Made by a program: the position numbers and the translations under genes. DNA of 62,699 bases, from contig JBEKEY010000003.1 of assembly GCA_050013595.1 (NCBI GenBank), positions 1 through 62,699 on the forward strand, given 5' to 3'. The notes under the pieces were generated by a model that was not told where the DNA came from, searched no databases, and saw nothing but the letters and a program-made list of their open reading frames with translations. Source of the stretch: Thermoplasmata archaeon. Lineage in GTDB: Archaea; Thermoplasmatota; Thermoplasmata; Lutacidiplasmatales; UBA184. Positions 57,087 through 62,699 of the stretch are shown here, one piece after another (position 1 is the stretch's first letter; each line of letters begins with the position of its first letter).

Positions 57087-57509
57087 GTGGTCGGGTCCGG
57101 GGTTCGTCCCATGCCAGCCGAGAAAGGAGGGATTCGCGACCCGGAGCCCGACGGCCCGGAGTCCGAGGATGCGGTCCATCTCGTCGAACGGATCGAGGAA
57201 GAGCTCGACCTGCTGGCCCGGAACGTCGACATTCTCGAGAAGCTCGCGAAGAGCCCTCCGATCGGGATCATCCGTCTCAGCGAGGCGCTCCACCTGCCCA
57301 TCCACAAGACCCGGTACTCGCTCCATCTCCTCGAGCGCGAGGGCGTCATCCAACCGTCCGCGGACGGCGCGGTGATCACCGACAAGTCGAAGGAGTTCTG
57401 GGCGAACCTGAACCAATCCCTCGACCGGATGACGGCGCTCATCCAACACCTCAAGAGCCGGTCGGTCGAGCACGAGAGTCGGCCGCCCTCGAGCCGGAAA
57501 GGCTTTTAG
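57087..57509 (+). CDS. winged-helix transcriptional regulator
   Basis: IGIIRLSEALHLPIHKTRYSLHLLEREGVI. Confidence 0.6.
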   Translation: MVGSGVRPMPAEKGGIRDPEPDGPESEDAVHLVERIEEELDLLARNVDILEKLAKSPPIGIIRLSEALHLPIHKTRYSLHLLEREGVIQPSADGAVITDKSKEFWANLNQSLDRMTALIQHLKSRSVEHESRPPSSRKGF

Positions 57510-57510
57510 C
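57503..57510 (+). promoter_or_regulatory. TATA-box-like element upstream of tRNA-Asn/tRNA-Met pair
   Basis: CTTTTAGC lies 26-33 nt upstream of 57536. Confidence 0.35.
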
Positions 57511-57535
57511 GCGATGCCCGCTCCGACGCTCCGGT

Positions 57536-57639
57536 GCCGCCGTAGCTCAGCGGCAGAGCGATCGGCTGTTAACCGAAAGGTCAGCGGTTCGAAAGGGCGG
57601 CGGCAACTTCCCGCCGCCCCTAAACTCCGCTCGGCGGCG
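57536..57639 (+). tRNA. tRNA-Asn (anticodon GTT) with a 32-nt insert (putative intron) in the T-loop
   Basis: GCCGCCG-TA-GCTC-AGCGGCA-GAGC-G-ATCGG-CTGTTAA-CCGAA-AGGTC-AGCGG-TTCGAA[57594-57625]T-CCGCT-CGGCGGC-G. T-arm and acceptor are perfect only if the insert is removed. Confidence 0.75.
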
Positions 57640-57658
57640 CCTCCGCATCCTTCCTGCT

Positions 57659-57733
57659 GGGCCCGTAGCTTAGCCCGATTAGAGCGACCGGCTCATAACC
57701 GGTCGGTCGGCGGTTCAAATCCGCCCGGGCCCA
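57659..57733 (+). tRNA. tRNA with CAT anticodon (elongator Met or Ile2)
   Basis: GGGCCCG-TA-GCTT..AGAGC-G-ACCGG-CTCATAA-CCGGT-CGGTC-GGCGG-TTCAAAT-CCGCC-CGGGCCC-A. Lies 19 nt after tRNA-Asn. Confidence 0.85.
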
Positions 57734-57806
57734 TTCACGCTCGGCTCGTCTCGCGCCCGAGCCTCACGGACCGAAACTTTACGGTCGGACGGCAATCGCC
57801 TCGTCC

Positions 57807-58175
57807 ATGAACCGCATTGACGTCGTGTCGCGCCACGCCGTCGGGTCGCTCGATCGACCGGAGTTCGGCCGCACGCCGGCCTTTGAGACCGACTCCGTGC
57901 GAGTCGGCGAGACCCACGTCGCAGCGGGGTCCACGTCGCCCTGGCATCATCACGGTCGCCGGACCGTCTACGCGTTCGTGGTGTCGGGCGAGCTCATCCT
58001 GGAGTTCGGCCCTCACGGGCGCGAGAAGGTCCGAGTTTCCGACGGCGACTTCTTTCGGATCCCCGCCGGCCTCGTGCATCGCGACGTGAACCCGACCCCG
58101 AAAGAAACGAAGATCGTGAACCTGATGGTGGGGGATGGACCGGCGACGACCGATGTCGGGGGTCCCGACCCATGA
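57807..58175 (+). CDS. cupin-domain protein
   Basis: GSTSPWHHHGRRTVYAFVVSGE...FFRIPAGLVHRDVN. Confidence 0.7.
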   Translation: MNRIDVVSRHAVGSLDRPEFGRTPAFETDSVRVGETHVAAGSTSPWHHHGRRTVYAFVVSGELILEFGPHGREKVRVSDGDFFRIPAGLVHRDVNPTPKETKIVNLMVGDGPATTDVGGPDP

Positions 58176-58741
58176 CCCGAGCACGGACCTCTCGATCGGT
58201 CCGAGTGACGTATCGAAGAACGACAGTTGCCGACCTCGACCTCCTCACCGACCATCGGCACCGTATGTGGACGGCGATCGGCCACCGGACCGAGGCGGAG
58301 ATCACCGAGCACGACGCCCGTTATCGGCGGTGGATCCGCCCGCGCCTCGCGTCGGAGGAGCTCGTCGGGTTCGCTGCCCGATCGCCCGAAGGCACGCCGG
58401 TCGGCAGCGGTCTCGTCTGGTTCCGCTCCGACCAGCCACGGCCCAAGATACCGACCCTCACCATCCCCTACATCCTCTCGATGTGGACCGCGGAGGACTG
58501 GCGGGGCAAGGGCATCGCGTCCGGGATCGTTCGACGCCTGGTCACGGCGTGTCGTGCCCGAGGGTTTCCGAGCGTCGTACTGCACGCCTCCGAACAGGGC
58601 CGTTCGGTCTACCGCCACCTCGGGTTCGAGAGGACGTGGGAGATGCGTTACTGGATCGACCCGCGCCTACGTCGACGGCGAGCGCGGCTCGCCCCAAAGG
58701 TTCGGAGAAGAAAGAAGAAAGGGTTGGACCGGGGGCGTTAA
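58172..58741 (+). CDS. GNAT N-acetyltransferase
   Basis: WRGKGIASGIVRRLVTACRARG. 4-nt overlap with the cupin gene. Confidence 0.75.
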   Translation: MTRARTSRSVRVTYRRTTVADLDLLTDHRHRMWTAIGHRTEAEITEHDARYRRWIRPRLASEELVGFAARSPEGTPVGSGLVWFRSDQPRPKIPTLTIPYILSMWTAEDWRGKGIASGIVRRLVTACRARGFPSVVLHASEQGRSVYRHLGFERTWEMRYWIDPRLRRRRARLAPKVRRRKKKGLDRGR

Positions 58742-59184
58742 CCGCTCCCGCACCCGCCGGACCCGCACCCACAGCCGCCCGCTTCCGCCCCGTGCTCGTC
58801 GACGGAGGGGGTTGGCGCGTTCGGCGGGATGATCTTGAATCCGGAGACGTTCAGATCCTGGACGTAGTCGATCCGGGCCCCGTTCAACATGTCGGCCGAG
58901 AGGTCGTCGACGACGATCGAGAATCCGTCGACCTGGACGACGCGATCCCCGTTGCGGGGCTTGTCGAACGCCATCCCGAACGAGGGTCCTGCGCTGCCGC
59001 CTTCTCCGCCGCTGCCGCACCCTCCGCCCGAACCGCAGCTGCAACCGCTTCCGCAGCCGCCGCCACCGCCGCCGGACTGAAGGTAGACACGGACCGCCAT
59101 TCCAGGCTTCTGACTCTTCATCAGGCCCCGGACCTGGTCCTGCGCCTCTTTCGTGACTTCCAACTTGATTCCACTATCGCTCAT
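58738..59184 (-). CDS. HesB/IscA-like protein with Gly/Cys-rich insertion and tail
   Basis: IscA-like frame (VRVYLQSGGG...FGMAFD...IDYVQDLNVSGFKI). It carries GGGGGGCGSGCSCGSGGGCGSGGEGGSAG in place of GGGCSG and ends GGCGCGSGGCGSG. Confidence 0.65.
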   Translation of the reverse strand: MSDSGIKLEVTKEAQDQVRGLMKSQKPGMAVRVYLQSGGGGGGCGSGCSCGSGGGCGSGGEGGSAGPSFGMAFDKPRNGDRVVQVDGFSIVVDDLSADMLNGARIDYVQDLNVSGFKIIPPNAPTPSVDEHGAEAGGCGCGSGGCGSG

Positions 59185-59260
59185 GCCTGGGGCCCTCCTC
59201 GATTCCCCGATGAACCACCAATTGCATCGTATAAAAGTCCGGTGTCGCGGCCGAAGGGAC

Positions 59261-59590
59261 TCATGCGGAGAACGACTTGCCGCACGAGCAGGTCTCCTTC
59301 GCGTTCGGGTTGAAGATCTTGAAGCCTGACGACTCGAGGCCCAGAAGGAAATCGACCTTGACGCCCTCGAGCAGAGGGGCGCTCGCGTGGTCGACCACGA
59401 CGAGCAGTCCCTGCTCGCGGAACGCGACCTCGTCGCCCGTCTCCTGCTTGTCGAACGACATGCCGTAGGTGAGGCCCGAGCACCCGCCTCCCTGGACGTA
59501 GAGCCGCAGGGCGGAGCCGGGCTTCCCCTGCTTTTCCATGATCTTGAGCACCTGGTCCCGCGCGGCGGGAGTGACTTCGACCGCTACCAT
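59261..59590 (-). CDS. iscA: iron-sulfur cluster insertion protein IscA/ErpA
   Basis: ATG at 59590. Motifs LRLYVQGGGCSGLTYGMSFD and CSCGKSF. Confidence 0.85.
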   Translation of the reverse strand: MVAVEVTPAARDQVLKIMEKQGKPGSALRLYVQGGGCSGLTYGMSFDKQETGDEVAFREQGLLVVVDHASAPLLEGVKVDFLLGLESSGFKIFNPNAKETCSCGKSFSA

Positions 59591-59705
59591 CCTCGACTTT
59601 CCGAATATAGCAACACCAATGTGTCTAAAAAGGGTTGCTGGCGGCCAGGAAAGCTGCGGATGTCGCGGCGGACGCTTATCTAGAGGTCCGGCGTGCTCGT
59701 GGTCG

Positions 59706-60572
59706 ATGTGCAGACTTCTGGGTGTTTTGTCGGTCCAGGCGGACACAGCGGAACCATGGCTCGTGCGTTCCGACCGCTCGCTGCTCGCCCAATCGAACGT
59801 GAGCCCCGATCGCGCCCAGAAGGAGGGCTGGGGGATCGGCTGGTTCACGGATGGTGGACGGACCCGGGTCGAGAAGGGCACGCGGGGTGCGTTCGTCGAA
59901 GGAGAGCGCGAGCGCTACCTCCGTGCGGCCGCCGATGCGCGCAGCTCGCTCGTCGTCGGTCACCTTCGCCACGCGAGCAATCCCCTCAAGCTCCCGTACG
60001 AGCAGCTGATCGCGCTCGAGAACTCCCAGCCGTTCGAGAATCACACCAGCCTCTTCGCGCACAACGGTGCGATCAACTTCCCGACCGAAACCCGCCCGTT
60101 CCTCGGCGTTCATGAGTCGAAAGTGCGGGGCGTGAACGACAGCGAGGTGCTCTTCTGGTTGCTCTTCCGGAACACGGAGGAGACGGGGGACCCGCTGGTG
60201 GGCTACATGCACACCGTCGAGGACCTGGTCCGGGTCTGGGAAGGGCTTCGGAAACCCGCCATCCCTCCCTTTTCGGGGTTGAACGTGATCTTCACCCGCG
60301 GGCCGGACGAGCTCTGGGCGTTCGCGCTCTGGACGGGCGACCACGGGACGGGCCTCATCGACGCCCACCGACGGTACTACGAGATGACCTACCAGACCGC
60401 GGCGCACCGCGTCATCGTCGGCTCGGAGCCGTTCGACGGGGAGCCCGGCGTCTGGAAGTCGATGCCGAGCGGTACCTATCTGGTCGCGCGCCGGGGCGAC
60501 CACCGCGTGGACGTTACCGTGGGAAAGATCCCCCTCCCTACTGCGCTCGAGATCCGCCCGCCGCCGAGCTGA
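59706..60572 (+). CDS. class II (Ntn) glutamine amidotransferase, YafJ-like
   Basis: MCRLLGV N-terminal Cys nucleophile. GWGIGWF. Confidence 0.75.
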   Translation: MCRLLGVLSVQADTAEPWLVRSDRSLLAQSNVSPDRAQKEGWGIGWFTDGGRTRVEKGTRGAFVEGERERYLRAAADARSSLVVGHLRHASNPLKLPYEQLIALENSQPFENHTSLFAHNGAINFPTETRPFLGVHESKVRGVNDSEVLFWLLFRNTEETGDPLVGYMHTVEDLVRVWEGLRKPAIPPFSGLNVIFTRGPDELWAFALWTGDHGTGLIDAHRRYYEMTYQTAAHRVIVGSEPFDGEPGVWKSMPSGTYLVARRGDHRVDVTVGKIPLPTALEIRPPPS

Positions 60573-60613
60573 CCGGCGCGGTCCGCGAGACTCGCCGACG
60601 GGGTCGGACGGCC

Positions 60614-61525
60614 ATGACGAGCGAGCTTCTCTCGGGACCGGACCTGGGAGCGGGCTACCTCCATCAACTGTCGATCGACCGGGACGACGAGCGCACGACG
60701 TTCACCTACCACGCCCAGGACGGGGGCGCGGACGCGAACGGACCGCCGAAAGGCCCGCTTGACGTCCTCGGCTTCGTTCACCCCCCGATGGCGTGCATGT
60801 TCGGCGGCCCCCGCTGCTGGCACCGCCGGTTCCTGCTCCCTTTCTCCGAGACGTCCCGAGTCCGGCATGCGTACAACCGAAGTCGCTTCGTCCTCCAGGC
60901 TGTGCTCGACCAGGAGTACGACGGCGTGCCCGCGGCCGTCGGTGTGGCCCTCAAGGAAGTGGTCGAGCGGGTCTCGGCCCCGCTGGCGCGGGACCGGGTC
61001 GAGTGGTACGTGGGAGGCTCGACCGCGGCCTGGCTGCTCGGAGCGTCGCTGGTTCCGGGCGACATCGACCTCGCGACCACGCGCGAGGGTGTGGACCGCG
61101 TCGCCTCCCTCCTCAGCGAATACCTCATCGAACCGCTCGCCACCACGGACTGGCCGAGCGCCGGGATCGTGCGCGGCGCCCGCGCCTTCGTCGGAACGTT
61201 CCAGGAAGGAGCGCGAGTCGAGTGGGGTATTCCCCTCGAACCCCGGAGCCCGTTGCCGTTCGATGAGTGGAACCCCGGCGCCCACGGAGTTCGGCTCGTT
61301 ACCACGGACTTTCACGGTCACCCGATCCGGGTCACGCGGCCCGAATACGCGCTCGTCCGAGCCTACGCGAGCCACCGCGCGAGCGTCGCGGAGGCGATCG
61401 CCGTGGTCGTGCGACGGCTGAAGCCCGACGGCGAGCTCCTCGACGCGCTCCTCGAACGATCGAGCCTGCCGGGCGCCGAGCGGAAGGCGATCCGCCGGCA
61501 GGTCTTGGGCGAGTTCCTCGGGTGA
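60614..61525 (+). CDS. nucleotidyltransferase-fold protein with unknown N-terminal domain
   Basis: WYVGGSTAAWLLGASLVPGDIDLAT (G-S ... D-x-D) in the C-terminal half. The first roughly 130 aa are unrecognised. Confidence 0.5.
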   Translation: MTSELLSGPDLGAGYLHQLSIDRDDERTTFTYHAQDGGADANGPPKGPLDVLGFVHPPMACMFGGPRCWHRRFLLPFSETSRVRHAYNRSRFVLQAVLDQEYDGVPAAVGVALKEVVERVSAPLARDRVEWYVGGSTAAWLLGASLVPGDIDLATTREGVDRVASLLSEYLIEPLATTDWPSAGIVRGARAFVGTFQEGARVEWGIPLEPRSPLPFDEWNPGAHGVRLVTTDFHGHPIRVTRPEYALVRAYASHRASVAEAIAVVVRRLKPDGELLDALLERSSLPGAERKAIRRQVLGEFLG

Positions 61526-61595
61526 TCCTGGCCGGGCGTTTTCCCGCTTCGCGTGAAAGCGCACCTTCATAGACCTCGGGCCCGAGCCCCGAGGG

Positions 61596-62396
61596 ATGTT
61601 GGCCCCTCTCGCGATACCGACCGCCGAGCACCTCACTCCGCATGACCTCGTCACCTACTTCCGCTGCCCGCACGAGATGGAGCTCGTCCGCGCGCTGCAC
61701 GTGCAGCGGACGACCGGCACGCTCGGCCCCGTCCGCACGCCGCTCGATGTCGTTCCCCTCCGCCAGTCGCCGCTCTTCTCACCTCCGATCGGAAAGCTCG
61801 TCGTGAACGAGGGCCGCCTCGACCTCTTCGACGGGGACCGCCTCGTCTACGAGGACCCGGGCGAGGACGACCTCCCGATGCTGTTCCCGCCCGAGCGGGT
61901 CCAGATCGACCCCAAGTTCACGAACGGCCACACCACGATGGTGGACGCCGCCTGGGGCTTCGCGGGCCGGCCGGACATGGTCATCCGCCGTGAGGACGGA
62001 GGGTTCTACCCGGTCGAGTACAAGGAGACCCATCTGTTCGGCGGCTACCACGAGGCGCACGTCCGCCTCTTCGATACGATCCAGGCGATCGCGGAATGCC
62101 GTCTCGTCGAGGTCACGTTCGGTCGTCGCCCGGCGTTCGGGGTCGTCCTCTACGGCGACGAATCCGGCGGCGGAGAGCACGAAGGCTGGGTTCGGGTCCC
62201 GTACGAGGAGGCCGAAGTGCACTGGCTCGAGTACGCCCTCCGCCAGGTCCGCGAGGACCGCGTACGAGCCCCCGTCCCTGCCGAGCGCAACTGTGCGAGC
62301 TGCTCGCCGAACGCGGAAGGGCACTGCCGGTTCGCGGCCGCCCGCCCGACCGGCCACGAGTCGGGGTTCCACGGAACGCACTGGATTCGCCCGTAG
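61596..62396 (+). CDS. Cas4-like PD-(D/E)XK nuclease with Fe-S cysteines (solo, no CRISPR context)
   Basis: N-terminal YFRCPHE, RPDMVIRREDGGFYPVEYKE (D...ExK), C-terminal C-x2-C-x7-C (CASCSPNAEGHC). Confidence 0.65.
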   Translation: MLAPLAIPTAEHLTPHDLVTYFRCPHEMELVRALHVQRTTGTLGPVRTPLDVVPLRQSPLFSPPIGKLVVNEGRLDLFDGDRLVYEDPGEDDLPMLFPPERVQIDPKFTNGHTTMVDAAWGFAGRPDMVIRREDGGFYPVEYKETHLFGGYHEAHVRLFDTIQAIAECRLVEVTFGRRPAFGVVLYGDESGGGEHEGWVRVPYEEAEVHWLEYALRQVREDRVRAPVPAERNCASCSPNAEGHCRFAAARPTGHESGFHGTHWIRP

Positions 62397-62453
62397 CCGG
62401 GCCCGTACGACGGGGCTACCCGGGTTCCGTGAGCGGGCCGTCCCTTCGCAGGG

Positions 62454-62461
62454 ATTAAATA
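62454..62461 (+). promoter_or_regulatory. TATA box of the 23S rRNA promoter
   Basis: ATTAAATA lies about 170 nt upstream of the 23S 5' region. Confidence 0.4.
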
Positions 62462-62630
62462 GCGCCCCCTAATCCCACCCGAGCCGCGCCACGGCGCAGC
62501 TGTTCGGTCGGCACGTGCACCCGCAGAGGCTCTGGCCTCTCCGGGGAAGGGCGAGGGTCTCTCGCCATTGCCGGCGAGGGACCGATGACGCCGATCACAC
62601 GCGTTCTGGACGCTTGTCAAGCGTAATCAG

Positions 62631-62699
62631 TGTAGCTGACTCCTGTCAGTTGGGGAATGGCTAGGCTCGGGCGCCGATGAAGGTCGTGCCAAGCTGCGA
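62631..62699 (+). rRNA. 23S rRNA, 5' end (partial, continues beyond window)
   Basis: ...GGCTAGGCTCGGGCGCCGATGAAGGTCGTGCCAAGCTGCGA matches the universally conserved 23S domain I start (..GATGAAGGACGTGCCAAGCTGCGATAAG). The exact 5' end is approximate. Confidence 0.8.

Noticed and set aside
57594-57625. The GGGCGGCGG...CCGCCGCCC hairpin as a terminator, or CGGCGGCA at 57598-57605 as the real tRNA 3' end
   Set aside because: Ending the tRNA there leaves no T-arm. The downstream T-CCGCT-CGGCGGC-G completes a perfect cloverleaf, so the hairpin is internal to the gene (intron-like).
59538-59705. N-terminal 56 aa of track ORF 59538..60572
   Set aside because: Ntn amidotransferases must begin with Met-Cys. 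The MCRLLGV at 59706 is the functional start, and the upstream part overlaps the iscA promoter region.
61596-62699. CRISPR-Cas locus implied by the Cas4-like gene
   Set aside because: No repeat-spacer array or other cas genes appear anywhere in the window. The downstream sequence is the 23S rRNA leader.

Overview
High-GC archaeal chromosome segment, about 62.7 kb. The archaeal assignment rests on Alba, TFS, the Rpo7-Spt4-DUF359-S24e-S27ae cluster, RpoL, ArcS, a class III signal-peptide pilin and a DUF373 protein. A 23S rRNA 5' end with no 16S upstream fits a Thermoplasmata-like lineage, but that placement is inference. Most of the window is housekeeping. It holds quinone genes (UbiA, UbiD, UbiE-like), PurD, AsnRS, ProRS, GDH, ThiL, an acyl-CoA dehydrogenase and transcription and translation genes. 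There are four tRNAs: Leu-GAG, Arg-CCG, Asn-GTT and Met/Ile2-CAT. Many long ORFs in the supplied track are GC-driven shadow frames and were not called. Accessory content: (1) a solo TnpB (IS200/IS605-type) element at about 7.0-8.5 kb. (2) A 10.6 kb tRNA-Leu-associated island at about 18.4-29.0 kb, bounded by a copy of the tRNA 3' end. It carries small membrane proteins, an ArsR pair, a beta-propeller protein, a GDT1 transporter, a pilin-like protein, a frameshifted PPK2, a P-type H+-ATPase and a cation/H+ antiporter. (3) A lower-GC bacterial-type GAPDH followed by decayed ORF debris. The most interesting signal is a same-strand, four-copy, roughly 50-nt GC-clamped hairpin motif found only in intergenic DNA of the island, bracketing cassette-like units. 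I cannot assign it to any family I know. Other notable items: a tRNA-Asn interrupted in its T-loop by a 32-nt hairpin insert, S27ae lying in frame behind the S24e stop with no start codon, and a Gly/Cys-rich IscA paralog. There is also a STAND ATPase with an ATPase-less paralog, and a solo Cas4-like nuclease next to a nucleotidyltransferase just upstream of the 23S promoter. No CRISPR array and no integrase were seen.
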